A DNA stretch of 64,000 nt from Eledone cirrhosa (Eukaryota): assembly GCA_964016885.1 (NCBI GenBank), contig OZ024740.1:31372001-31436000 (forward strand). Reading direction: 5' to 3'. The translations under genes and the position numbers were made by a program. Of the stretch, positions 1 to 15,000 are shown piece after piece. Below the pieces are notes generated by a model, which was given only the letters and a program-made list of their open reading frames with translations, ran no database searches and had not been told where the DNA came from. How positions within the stretch are numbered: position 1 is the first letter of the stretch; the number at the start of each line of letters is the position of its first letter.

Positions 1-3000
1 GTCTCCTTCCTCTGGTCCACAGACATACTGTCTCCTCCCTCTGGTCCACAGACATACTGTCTCCATCCTCTGGTCCACAGACATACTGTCTCCTTCCCCT
101 GGTCCACAGACATACTGTCTCCATCCTCTGGTCCACAGACATACTGTCTCCTTCCCCTGGTCCACAGACATACTGTCTCCTTCCTCTGGTCCACAGACAC
201 ACTGTCTCCTTCCTCTGGTCCACAGACACACTGTCTCCTCCCTCTGGTCCACAGACATACTGTCTCCTCCCTCTGGTCCACAGTCATAATATCTCCTTCC
301 CCTGGTCCACAGACATACTGTCTCCTTCCTCTGGTCCACAGACACACTGTCTCCTTCCTCTGGTCCACAGACACACTGTCTCCTCCCTCTGGTTCACAGA
401 CATATGGTCTCCTTCCTCTGGTCCACAGACATACTGTCTCCTCCCTCTGGTCCACAGACATACTGTCTCCTCCCTCTGGTCCACAGACATACTGTCTCCT
501 CCCTCTGGTCCACAGACATACTGTCTCCTTCCTCTGGTCCACAGACATACTGTCTCCATCCTCTGGTCAACAGACATACTGTCTCCACCCTCTGGTCCAC
601 AGACATACTGTCTCCATCCTCTGGTCCACAGACATACTGTCTCCTCCCTCTGGTCCACAGACATACTGTCTCCTTCCTCTGGTCCACAGACATACTGTCT
701 CCATCCTCTGGTCCACAGACATACTGTCTCCATCCTCTGGTCAACAGACATACTGTCTCCACCCTCTGGTCCACAGACATACTGTCTCCTCCCTCTGGTC
801 CACAGACATACTGTCTCCTCCCTCTGGTCCACAGACATACTGTCTCCTTCCTCTGGTCCACAGACATACTGTCTCCATCCTCTGGTCAACGGACATACTG
901 TCTCCACCCTCTGGTCCACAGACATACTGTCTCCTCCCTCTGGTCCACAGACATACTGACTCATCCCTCTGGTCCACAGACATACTGTCTCCTTCCCCTG
1001 GTCCACAGACATACTGTCTCCATCCTCTGGTCCACAGACATACTGTCTCCATCCTCTGGTCCACAGACATACTGTCTCCTTCCTCTGGTCCACAGACATA
1101 CTGTCTCCTTCCCCTGGTCCACAGACATACTGTCTCCATCCTCTGGTCCACAGACATACTGTCTCCTCCCTCTGGTCCACAGACATACTGTCTCCTCCCT
1201 CTGGTCCACAGACATACTGTCTCCTCCCTCTGGTCCACAGACATACTGTCTCCATCCTCTGGTTCACAGACATACTGTCTCCTCCCTCTGGTCCACAGAC
1301 ATACTGTCTCCATCCTCTGGTCCACAGACATACTGTCTCCTCCCTCTATTCCACAGACATGCTGTCTCCTCCCTCTGGTCCACAGTCATACTGTCTCCAT
1401 CCTCTCGTCCACAGACATACTGTCTCCTTCCTCTGGTCCACAGACATACTGTCTCCTCCCTCTGGTCCACAGACATACTGTCTCCATCCTCTGGTCCACA
1501 GACATACTGTCTCCTTCCTCTGGTCAACAGACATACTGTCTCCTCCCTCTGGTCCACAGACATACTGTCTCCTTCCTCTGGTCCACAGACATACTGTCTC
1601 CTCCCTCTGGTCCACAGACATACTGTCTCCTTCCTCTGGTTCACAGACATACTGTCTCCTCCCTCTGGTCCACAGACATACTGTCTCCATCCTCTGGTCC
1701 ACAGACATACTGTCTCCTTCCTCTGGTCAACAGACATACTGTTTCCATCCTCTGGTCCACAGACATACTGTCTCCTCCCTCTGGTCCACAGACATACTGT
1801 CTCCTCCCTCTGGTCCACAGACATACTGTCTCCCCCCTCTGGTCCACAGACATACTGTCTCCATCCTCTGGTTCACAGACATACTGTCTCCTCCCTCTGG
1901 TCCACAGACATACTGTCTCCATCCTCTGGTCCACAGACATACTGTCTCCTCCCTCTGGTCCACAGACATACTGTCTCCATCCTCTGGTCCACAGACATAC
2001 TGTCTCCATCCTCTGGTCCACAGACATACTGTCTCCTACCTCTGGTTCACAGACATACTGTCTCCATCCTCTGGTCCACAGACATACTGTCTCCTTCCTC
2101 TGGTCCACAGACATACTGTCTCCTCCCTCTGGTCCACAGACATACTGTCTCCATCCTCTGGTCCACAGACATACTGTCTCCTACCTCTGGTCCACAGACA
2201 TACTGTCTCCTCCCTCTGGTCCACAGACATACTGTCTCCTCCCTCTGGTCCACGGACATACTGTCTCCTCCCTCTGGTCCACAGACATACTGTCTCCATC
2301 CTCTGGTTCACAGACATACTGTCTCCTCCCTCTGGTCCACAGACATACTGTCTCCATCCTCTGGTCCACAGACATACTGTCTCCTTCCCCTGGTCCACAG
2401 ACATACTGTCTCCTACCTCTGGTTCACAGACATACTGTCTCCACCCTCTGGTCCACAGACATACTGTCTCCTTCCCCTGGTCCACAGACATACTGTCTCC
2501 TACCTCTGGTTCACAGACATACTGTCTCCACCCTCTGGTCCACAGACATACTGTCTCCTTCCCCTGGTCCACAGACATACTGTCTCCTCCCTCTGGTCCA
2601 CAGACATACTGTCTCCACCCTCTGGTCCACAGACATACTGTCTCCTCCCTCTGGTCCACAGACATACTCTCTCCATCCTCTGGTCCACAGACATACTGTC
2701 TACATCCTCTGGTCCACAGACATACTGTCTCCTTCCTCTGGTCCACAGACATACTGTCTCCTCCCTCTGGTCCACAGACATACTGTCTCCATCCTCTTGT
2801 CCACAGACATACTGTCTCCTTTCTCTGGTTCACAGACATACTGTCTCCTCCCTCTGGTCCACAGACATACTGTCTCCATCCTCTGGTCCACAGACATACT
2901 GTCTCCTACCTCTGGTCCACAGACATACTGTCTCCTCCCTCTGGTCCACAGACATACTGTCTCCATCCTCTTGTCCACAGACATACTGTCTCCTCCCTCT

Positions 3001-6000
3001 GGTCCACAGACATACTGTCTCCATCCTCTTGTCCACAGACATACTGTCTCCTTTCTCTGGTTCACAGACATACTGTCTCCTCCCTCTGGTCTACAGACAT
3101 ACTGTCTCCATCCTCTGGTCCACAGACATACTGTCTCCATCCTCTGGTCCACAGACATACTGTCTCCTCCCTCTGGTCCACAGACATACTGTCTCCATCC
3201 TCTTGTCCACAGACATACTGTCTCCTTTCTCTGGTCCACAGACATACTGTCTCCTCCCTCTGGTCCACAGACAAACTGTCTCCATCCTCTGGTCCACAGA
3301 TATACTGTCTCCTACCTCTGGTCCACAGACATACTGTCTCCTCCCTCTGGTCCACAGACATACTGTCTCCTCCCTCTGGTCCACAGACATACTGTCTCCT
3401 TCCCCTGGTCCACAGACATACTGTCTCCATCCTCTGGTCCACAGACATACTGTCTCCATCCTCTGGTCCACAGACATACTGTCTCCTACCTCTGGTCTAC
3501 AGACATACTGTCTCCTCCCTCTGGTCCACAGACATACTGTCTCCTCCCTCTGGTCCACAGACATACTGTCTCCTTCCTCTGGTCCACAGACATACTGTCT
3601 CCTTCTTCTGGTCCACAGACATACTGTCTCCTCCCTCTGGTCCACAGACATACTGACTCCATCCTCTGGTCCACAGACATACTGTCTCCATCCTCTGGTC
3701 CACAGACATACTGTCTCCATCCTCTGGTCCATAGACATACTGTCTCCTACCTCTGGTCCACAGACATACTGTCTCCTCCCTCTGGTCCACAGACATACTG
3801 TCTCCTACCTCTGGTTCACAGACATACTGTCTCCATCCTCTGGTCCACAGACATACTGTCTCCTTCCTCTGGTCCACAGACATACTGTCTCCTCCCTCTG
3901 GTCCACAGACATACTGTCTCCTCCCTCTGGTCCACAGACATACTGACTCATCCCTCTGGTCCACAGACATACTGTCTCCTTCCCCTGGTCCACAGACATA
4001 CTGTCTCCATCCTCTGGTCCACAGACATACTGTCTCCATCCTCTGGTCCACAGACATACTGTCTCCTTCCTCTGGTCCACAGACATACTGTCTCCTTCCC
4101 CTGGTCCACAGACATACTGTCTCCATCCTCTGGTCCACAGACATACTGTCTCCTCCCTCTGGTCCACAGACATACTGTCTCCTCCCTCTGGTCCACAGAC
4201 ATACTGTCTCCTCCCTCTGGTCCACAGACATACTGTCTCCATCCTCTGGTTCACAGACATACTGTCTCCTCCCTCTGGTCCACAGACATACTGTCTCCAT
4301 CCTCTGGTCCACAGACATACTGTCTCCTCCCTCTATTCCACAGACATGCTGTCTCCTCCCTCTGGTCCACAGTCATACTGTCTCCATCCTCTCGTCCACA
4401 GACATACTGTCTCCTTCCTCTGGTCCACAGACATACTGTCTCCTCCCTCTGGTCCACAGACATACTGTCTCCATGCTCTGGTCCACAGACATACTGTCTC
4501 CTTCCTCTGGTCTACAGACATACTGTCTCCTCCCTCTGGTCCACAGACATACTGTCTCCTTCCTCTGGTCCACAGACATACTGTCTCCTCCCTCTGGTCC
4601 ACAGACATACTGTCTCCTTCCTCTGGTTCACAGACATACTGTCTCCTCCCTCTGGTCCACAGACATACTGTCTCCATCCTCTGGTCCACAGACATACTGT
4701 CTCCTTCCTCTGGTCAACAGACATACTGTTTCCATCCTCTGGTCCACAGACATACTGTCTCCTCCCTCTGGTCCACAGACATACTGTCTCCTCCCTCTGG
4801 TCCACAGACATACTGTCTCCCCCCTCTGGTCCACAGACATACTGTCTCCATCCTCTGGTTCACAGACATACTGTCTCCTCCCTTCTGGTCCACAGACATA
4901 CTGTCTCCCCCCTCTGGTCCACAGACATACTGTCTCCATCCTCTGGTCCACAGACATACTGTCTCCTCCCTCTGGTCCACAGACATACTGTCTCCTACCT
5001 CTGGTCCACAGACATACTGTCTCCTCCCTCTGGTCCACAGACATACTCTCTCCATCCTCTGGTCCACAGACATACTGTCTACATCCTCTGGTCCACAGAC
5101 ATACTGTCTCCTTCCTCTGGTCCACAGACATACTGTCTCCTCCCTCTGGTCCACAGACATACTGTCTCCTCCCTCTGGTCCACAGACATACTGTCTCCAT
5201 CCTCTGGTCCACAGACATACTGTCTCCATCCTCTGGTCCACAGACATACTGTCTACATCCTCTGGTCCACAGAGATACTGTCTCCTTCCTCTGGTCCACA
5301 GACATACTGTCTCCTCCCTCTGGTCCACAGACATACTGTCTCCTCCCTCTGGTCCACAGACATACTGTCTCCTTCCTCTGGTCCACAGACATACTGTCTC
5401 CTCCCTCTGGTCCACAGACATACTGTCTCCTCCCTCTGGTCCACAGACATACTGTCTCCTCCCTCTGGTCCACAGACACACTGTCTCCATCCTCTGGTCC
5501 ACAGACATACTGTCTCCTTCCTCTGGTCCACAGACATACTGTCTCCATCCTCTGGTCCACAGACATACTGTCTCCTTCCTCTGGTCCACAGACATACTGT
5601 CTCCATCCTCTGGTCCACAGACATACTGTCTCCATCCTCTGGTCCACAGACATACTGTCTACATCCTCTGGTCCATAGACATACTGTCTCCTTCCTCTGG
5701 TCCACAGACATACTGTCTCCTCCCTCTGGTCCACAGACATACTGTCTCCTCCCTCTGGTCCACAGACATACTGTCTCTTCCCTCTGGTCCACAGACATAC
5801 TGTCTCCTCACTCTGGTCCACAGACATACTGTCTCCTTCCTCTGGTCCACAGACATACTGTCTCCTCCCTCTGGTCCACAGACATACTGTCTCCTCCCTC
5901 TGGTCCACAGACATACTGTCTCCATCCTCTGGTCCACAGACATACTGTCTCCATCCTCTGGTCCACAGATATACTGTCTCCCCCCCCTGGTCCACAGACA

Positions 6001-9000
6001 TACTGTCTCCATCCTCTGGTCCACAGACATACTGTCTCCTTCCTCTAGTCCACAGACATGCTGTCTCCTCCCTCTGGTCCACAGACATACTGTCTCCTTC
6101 CTCTGATCCACAGACATACTGTCTCCTTCCTCTGGTCCACAGAATACTGTCTTCTTCCTCTGGTCCACAGACATACTGTCTCCTTCCTCTGGTCCACAGA
6201 CATACTGTCTCCTTCCTCTGGTTCACAGACATACTATCTCCATCCTCTGGTCCACAGACATACTGTCTCCTTCCTCTGATCCACAGACATACTGTCTCCA
6301 TCCTCTGGTCCACAGACATACTGTCTCCTCCCTCTGGTCCACAGACATACTGTCTCCTCCCTCTGGTCCACAGACATACTGTCTCCTTCCCCTGGTCCAC
6401 AGACATACTGTCTCCATCCTCTGGTCCACAGACATACTGTCTCCATCCTCTGGTCCACAGACATACTGTCTCCTACCTCTGGTCTACAGACATACTGTCT
6501 CCTCCCTCTGGTCCACAGACATACTGTCTCCTCCCTCTGGTCCACAGACATACTGTCTCCTTCCTCTGGTCCACAGACATACTGTCTCCTTCTTCTGGTC
6601 CACAGACATACTGTCTCCTCCCTCTGGTCCACAGACATACTGACTCCATCCTCTGGTCCACAGACATACTGTCTCCATCCTCTGGTCCACAGACATACTG
6701 TCTCCATCCTCTGGTCCATAGACATACTGTCTCCTACCTCTGGTCCACAGACATACTGTCTCCTCCCTCTGGTCCACAGACATACTGTCTCCTACCTCTG
6801 GTTCACAGACATACTGTCTCCATCCTCTGGTCCACAGACATACTGTCTCCTTCCTCTGGTCCACAGACATACTGTCTCCTCCCTCTGGTCCACAGACATA
6901 CTGTCTCCTTCTTCTGGTCCACAGACATACTGTCTCCTCCCTCTGGTCCACAGACATACTGACTCCATCCTCTGGTCCAAAGACATACTGTCTCCATCCT
7001 CTGGTCCACAGACATACTGTCTCCTTCCTTTGGTCCACAGACATACTGTCTCCTCCCTCTGGTCCACAGACATACTGTCTCCATCCTCTGGTCCACAGAC
7101 ATACTGTCTCCTACCTCTGGTCCACAGACATACTGTCTCCTCCCTCTGGTCCACAGACATACTGTCTCCTCCCTCTGGTCCACGGACATACTGTCTCCTC
7201 CCTCTGGTCCACAGACATACTGTCTCCATCCTCTGGTTCACAGACATACTGTCTCCTCCCTCTGGTCCACAGACATACTGTCTCCATCCTCTGGTCCACA
7301 GACATACTGTCTCCTTCCCCTGGTCCACAGACATACTGTCTCCTACCTCTGGTTCACAGACATACTGTCTCCACCCTCTGGTCCACAGACATACTGTCTC
7401 CTTCCCCTGGTCCACAGACATACTGTCTCCTACCTCTGGTTCACAGACATACTGTCTCCACCCTCTGGTCCACAGACATACTGTCTCCTTCCCCTGGTCC
7501 ACAGACATACTGTCTCCTCCCTCTGGTCCACAGACATACTGTCTCCACCCTCTGGTCCACAGACATACTGTCTCCTCCCTCTGGTCCACAGACATACTCT
7601 CTCCATCCTCTGGTCCACAGACATACTGTCTACATCCTCTGGTCCACAGACATACTTTCTCCTTCCTCTGGTCCACAGACATACTGTCTCCTCCCTCTGG
7701 TCCACAGACATACTGTCTCCATCCTCTTGTCCACAGACATACTGTCTCCTTTCTCTGGTTCACAGACATACTGTCTCCTCCCTCTGGTCCACAGACATAC
7801 TGTCTCCATCCTCTGGTCCACAGACATACTGTCTCCTACCTCTGGTCCACAGACATACTGTCTCCTCCCTCTGGTCCACAGACATACTGTCTCCATCCTC
7901 TTGTCCACAGACATACTGTCTCCTCCCTCTGGTCCACAGACATACTGTCTCCATCCTCTTGTCCACAGACATACTGTCTCCTTTCTCTGGTTCACAGACA
8001 TACTGTCTCCTCCCTCTGGTCTACAGACATACTGTCTCCATCCTCTGGTCCACAGACATACTGTCTCCATCCTCTGGTCCACAGACATACTGTCTCCTCC
8101 CTCTGGTCCACAGACATACTGTCTCCATCCTCTTGTCCACAGACATACTGTCTCCTTTCTCTGGTTCACAGACATACTGTCTCCTCCCTCTGGTCCACAG
8201 ACAAACTGTCTCCATCCTCTGGTCCACAGATATACTGTCTCCTACCTCTGGTCCACAGACATACTGTCTCCTCCCTCTGGTCCACAGACATACTGTCTCC
8301 TCCCTCTGGTCCACAGACATACTGTCTCCTTCCCCTGGTCCACAGACATACTGTCTCCATCCTCTGGTCCACAGACATACTGTCTCCATCCTCTGGTCCA
8401 CAGACATACTGTCTCCTACCTCTGGTCTACAGACATACTGTCTCCTCCCTCTGGTCCACAGACATACTGTCTCCTCCCTCTGGTCCACAGACATACTGTC
8501 TCCTTCCTCTGGTCCACAGACATACTGTCTCCTTCTTCTGGTCCACAGACATACTGTCTCCTCCCTCTGGTCCACAGACATACTGACTCCATCCTCTGGT
8601 CCACAGACATACTGTCTCCATCCTCTGGTCCACAGACATACTGTCTCCATCCTCTGGTCCATAGACATACTGTCTCCTACCTCTGGTCCACAGACATACT
8701 GTCTCCTCCCTCTGGTCCACAGACATACTGTCTCCTACCTCTGGTTCACAGACATACTGTCTCCATCCTCTGGTCCACAGACATACTGTCTCCTTCCTCT
8801 GGTCCACAGACATACTGTCTCCTCCCTCTGGTCCACAGACATACTGTCTCCTTCTTCTGGTCCACAGACATACTGTCTCCTCCCTCTGGTCCACAGACAT
8901 ACTGACTCCATCCTCTGGTCCACAGACATACTGTCTCCATCCTCTGGTCCACAGACATACTGTCTCCATCCTCTGGTCCATAGACATACTGTCTCCTACC

Positions 9001-12000
9001 TCTGGTCCACAGACATACTGTCTCCATCCTCTGGTCCACAGACATACTGTCTCCTTCCTCTGGTTCACAGACATACTATCTCCATCCTGTGGTCCACAGA
9101 CATACTGTCTCCTTCCTCTGATCCACAGACATACTGTCTCCTTCCTCTGATCCACAGACATACTGTCTCCTTCCTCTGGTCCACAGACATACCGTCTCCT
9201 TCCTCTGGTCCACAGACATGCTGTCTCCTCCCTCTGGGCCACAGACATACTGTCTCCTCCCTCTGGTCCACAGACATACTGTCTCCTCCCTCTGGTCCAC
9301 AGACATACTGTCTCCATCCTCTGGTCCACAGACATACTGTCTCCATCCTCTGGTCCACAGACATACTGTCTCCCCCCCTGGTCCACAGACATACTGTCTC
9401 CATCCTCTGGTCCACAGACATACTGTCTGCTTCCTCTAGTCCACATACATGCTGTCTCCTCCCTCTGGTCCAGAGACATACTGTCTCCTTCCTGTGATCC
9501 ACAGACATACTGTCTCCTTCCTCTGGTCCACAGACATACTATCTCCTTCCTCTGGTCCACAGACATACTGTCTCCTTCCTCTGGTCCACAGACATACTGT
9601 CTCCTTCCTCTGGTCCACAGACATGCTGTCTCCTCCCTCTGGTCCACAGACATACTGTCTCCTTCCTCTGGTCCACAGACATACTGTCTCCTTCCTCTGG
9701 TCCACAGACATACTGTCTCCTTCCTCTGGTCCACAGACATACTGTCTCCTCCCTCTGGTCCACAGACATACTGTCTACATCCTCTGGTCCACAGACATAC
9801 TGTCTCCTTTCTCTGGTTCACAGACATACTGTCTCCTCCCTCTGGTCCACAGACATACTGTCTCCATCCTCTGGTCCACAGACATACTGTCTCCTCCCTC
9901 TGGTCCACAGACATACTGTCTCCATCCTCTGGTCCACAGACATACTGTCTCCATCCTCTGGTCCACAGACATACTGTCTCCTACCTCTGGTTCACAGACA
10001 TACTGTCTCCATCCTCTGGTCCACAGACACACTGTCTCCATTCTCTGGTCCACAGACATACTGTCTCCTACCTCTGGTTCACAGACATACTGCCTCCATC
10101 CTCTGGTCCACAGACGTACTGTCTCCTACCTCTGGTTCACAGACATACTGTCTCCATCCTCTGATCCACAGACATACTGTCTCCTTCCTCTGGTTCACAG
10201 ACATACTGTCTCCTCCCTCTGGTCCACAGACATACTGTCTCCTCCCTCTGGTCCACAGACATACTCTCTCCATCCTCTGGTCCACAGACATACTGTCTAC
10301 ATCCTCTGGTCCACAGACATACTGTCTCCTCCCTCTGGTCCACAGACATACTGTCTACATCCTCTGGTCCACAGACATACTGTCTCCTCCCTCTGGTCCA
10401 CAGACATACTGTCTCCTACCTCTGGTCCACAGACATACTGTCTCCTTTCTCTGGTCCACAGACATACTGTCTCCATCCTCTGGTCCACAGACATACTGTC
10501 TCCTCCCTCTGGTCTACAGACATACTGTCTCCTTCCTCTGGTCCACAGACATACTGTCTCCTCCCTCTGGTCCACAGACATACTGTCTCCTCCCTCTGGT
10601 CCACAGACATACTGTCTCCTCCCTCTGGTCCACAGACATACTGTCTCCTCCCTCTGGTCCACAGACATACTGTCTCCATCCTCTGGTCCACAGACATACT
10701 GTCTCCATCCTCTGGTCCACAGACATACTGTCTCCCCCCCTGGTCCACAGACATACTGTCTCCATCCTCTGGTCCACAGACATACTGTCTCCTTCCTCTA
10801 GTCCACATACATGCTGTCTCCTCCCTCTGGTCCAGAGACATACTGTCTCCTTCCTGTGATCCACAGACATACTGTCTCCTTCCTCTGGTCCACAGACATA
10901 CTATCTCCTTCCTCTGGTCCACAGACATACTGTCTCCTTCCTCTGGTCCACAGACATACTGTCTCCTTCCTCTGGTCCACAGACATACTGTCTCCTCCCT
11001 CTGGTCCACAGACATACTGTCTCCTTCCTCTGGTCCACAGACATACTGTCTCCTTCCCCTGGTCCACAGACATACTGTCTCCATCCTCTGGTCCACAGAT
11101 ATACTGTCTCCATCCTCTGGTCCACAGACATACTGTCTCCTACCTCTGGTCCACAGACATACTGTCTCCTCCCTCTGGTCCACAGACATACTGTCTCCTT
11201 CCTCTGGTCCACAGACATACTGTCTCCTTCCTCTGGTCCACAGACATACTGTCTCCCCCCTCTGGTCCACAGACATACTGTCTCCATCCTCTGGTCCACA
11301 GACATACTGTCTCCTCCCTCTGGTCCACAGACATACTGTCTCCTTCCTCTAGTCCACAGACATGCTGTCTCCTCCCTCTGGTCCACAGACATACTGTCTC
11401 CTTCCTCTGATCCACAGACATACTGTCTCCTTCCTCTGGTCCACAGAATACTGTCTTCTTCCTCTGGTCCACAGACATACTGTCTCCTTCCTCTGGTCCA
11501 CAGACATACTGTCTCCTTCCTCTGGTTCACAGACATACTATCTCCATCCTCTGGTCCACAGACATACTGTCTCCTTCCTCTGATCCACAGACATACTGTC
11601 TCCATCCTCTGGTCCACAGACATACTGTCTCCTCCCTCTGGTCCACAGACATACTGTCTCCTTCCTCTGGTCCACAGACATACTCTCTCCTTCCTCTGGT
11701 CCACATACATACTGTCTCCTTCCTCTGGTCCACAGACATACTGTCTCCTCCCTCTGGTCCACAGACATACTGTCTCCTTCCTCTGGTCCACAGACATACG
11801 GTCTCCTTCCTCTGGTCCACAGACATACTGTCTCCTCCCTCTGGTGCACAGACATACTGTCTCCTCCCTCTGGTCCACAGACATACTGTCTCCTCCCTCT
11901 GGTCCACAGACATACTGTCTCCTTCCTCTGGTCCACAGACATACTGTCTCCATCCTCTGGTCCACAGACATACTGTCTCCTTCCTCTGGTCCACAGACAT

Positions 12001-15000
12001 ACTGTCTCCCCCCCTGGTCCACAGACATACTGTCTCCATCCTCTGGTCCACAGACATACTGTCTCCTTCCTCTAGTCCACATACATGCTGTCTCCTCCCT
12101 CTGGTCCAGAGACATACTGTCTCCTTCCTGTGATCCACAGACATACTGTCTCCTTCCTCTGGTCCACAGACATACTATCTCCTTCCTCTGGTCCACAGAC
12201 ATACTGTCTCCTTCCTCTGGTCCACAGACATACTGTCTCCTTCCTCTGGTCCACAGACATACTGTCTCCTCCCTCTGGTCCACAGACATACTGTCTCCTT
12301 CCTCTGGTCCACAGACATACTGTCTCCTTCCCCTGGTCCACAGACATACTGTCTCCATCCTCTGGTCCACAGACATACTGTCTCCATCCTCTGGTCCACA
12401 GACATACTGTCTCCTACCTCTGGTCCACAGACATACTGTCTCCTCCCTCTGGTCCACAGACATACTGTCTCCTTCCTCTGGTCCACAGACATACTGTCTC
12501 CTCCCTCTGGTCCACAGACATACTGTCTCCTTCCTCTGGTCCACAGACATACTGTCTCCCCCCTCTGGTCCACAGACATACTGTCTCCATCCTCTGGTCC
12601 ACAGACATACTGTCTCCTCCCTCTGGTCCACAGACATACTGTCTCCTACCTCTGGTCCACAGACATACTGTCTCCTCCCTCTGGTCCACAGACATACTCT
12701 CTCCATCCTCTGGTCCACAGACATACTGTCTACATCCTCTGGTCCACAGACATACTGTCTCCTTCCTCTGGTCCACAGACATACTGTCTCCTCCCTCTGG
12801 TCCACAGACATACTGTCTCCTCCCTCTGGTCCACAGACATACTGTCTCCATCCTCTGGTCCACAGACATACTGTCTCCATCCTCTGGTCCACAGACATAC
12901 TGTCTACATCCTCTGGTCCACAGAGATACTGTCTCCTTCCTCTGGTCCACAGACATACTGTCTCCTCCCTCTGGTCCACAGACATACTGTCTCCTCCCTC
13001 TGGTCCACAGACATACTGTCTCCTTCCTCTGGTCCACAGACATACTGTCTCCTCCCTCTGGTCCACAGACATACTGTCTCCTCCCTCTGGTCCACAGACA
13101 TACTGTCTCCTCCCTCTGGTCCACAGACACACTGTCTCCATCCTCTGGTCCACAGACATACTGTCTCCTTCCTCTGGTCCACAGACATACTGTCTCCATC
13201 CTCTGGTCCACAGACATACTGTCTCCTTCCTCTGGTCCACAGACATACTGTCTCCATCCTCTGGTCCACAGACATACTGTCTCCATCCTCTGGTCCACAG
13301 ACATACTGTCTACATCCTCTGGTCCATAGACATACTGTCTCCTTCCTCTGGTCCACAGACATACTGTCTCCTCCCTCTGGTCCACAGACATACTGTCTCC
13401 TCCCTCTGGTCCACAGACATACTGTCTCTTCCCTCTGGTCCACAGACATACTGTCTCCTCACTCTGGTCCACAGACATACTGTCTCCTTCCTCTGGTCCA
13501 CAGACATACTGTCTCCTCCCTCTGGTCCACAGACATACTGTCTCCTCCCTCTGGTCCACAGACATACTGTCTCCATCCTCTGGTCCACAGACATACTGTC
13601 TCCATCCTCTGGTCCACAGATATACTGTCTCCCCCCCCTGGTCCACAGACATACTGTCTCCATCCTCTGGTCCACAGACATACTGTCTCCTTCCTCTAGT
13701 CCACAGACATGCTGTCTCCTCCCTCTGGTCCACAGACATACTGTCTCCTTCCTCTGATCCACAGACATACTGTCTCCTTCCTCTGGTCCACAGAATACTG
13801 TCTTCTTCCTCTGGTCCACAGACATACTGTCTCCTTCCTCTGGTCCACAGACATACTGTCTCCTTCCTCTGGTTCACAGACATACTATCTCCATCCTCTG
13901 GTCCACAGACATACTGTCTCCTTCCTCTGATCCACAGACATACTGTCTCCATCCTCTGGTCCACAGACATACTGTCTCCTCCCTCTGGTCCACAGACATA
14001 CTGTCTCCTTCCTCTGGTCCACAGACATACTCTCTCCTTCCTCTGGTCCACATACATACTGTCTCCTTCCTCTGGTCCACATACATACTGTCTCCTTCCT
14101 CTGGTCCACAGACATACTGTCTCCTCCCTCTGGTCCACAGACATACTGTCTCCTTCCTCTGGTCCACAGACATACGGTCTCCTTCCTCTGGTCCACAGAC
14201 ATACTGTCTCCTCCCTCTAGTGCACAGACATACTGTCTCCTCCCTCTGGTCCACAGACATACTGTCTCCTCCCTCTGGTCCACAGACATACTGTCTCCTT
14301 CCTCTGGTCCACAGACATACTGTCTCCATCCTCTGGTCCACAGACATACTGTCTCCTTCCTCTGGTCCACAGACATACTGTCTCCATCCTCTGGTCCACA
14401 GACATACTGTCTCCATCCTCTGGTCCACAGACATACTGTCTACATCCTCTGGTCCACAGACATACTGTCTCCTTCCTCTGGTCCACAGACATACTGTCTC
14501 CTCCCTCTGGTCTACAGACATACTGTCTCCTCCCTCTGGTCCACAGACATACTGTCTCTTCCCTCTGGTCCACAGACATACTGTCTCCTCCCTCTGGTCC
14601 ACAGACATACTGTCTCCTTCCTCTGGTCCACAGACATACTGTCTCCTCCCTCTGGTCCACAGACATACTGTCTCCTCCCTCTGGTCCACAGACATACTGT
14701 CTCCATCCTCTGGTCCACAGACATACTGTCTCCATCCTCTGGTCCACAGACATACTGTCTCCCCCCCTGGTCCACAGACATACTGTCTCCATCCTCTGGT
14801 CCACAGACATACTGTCTCCTTCCTCTAGTCCACAGACATGCTGTCTCCTCCCTCTGGTCCACAGACATACTGTCTCCTTCCTCTGATCCACAGACATACT
14901 GTCTCCTTCCTCTGGTCCACAGAATACTGTCTTCTTCCTCTGGTCCACAGACATACTGTCTCCTTCCTCTGGTCCACAGACATACTGTCTCCTTCCTCTG

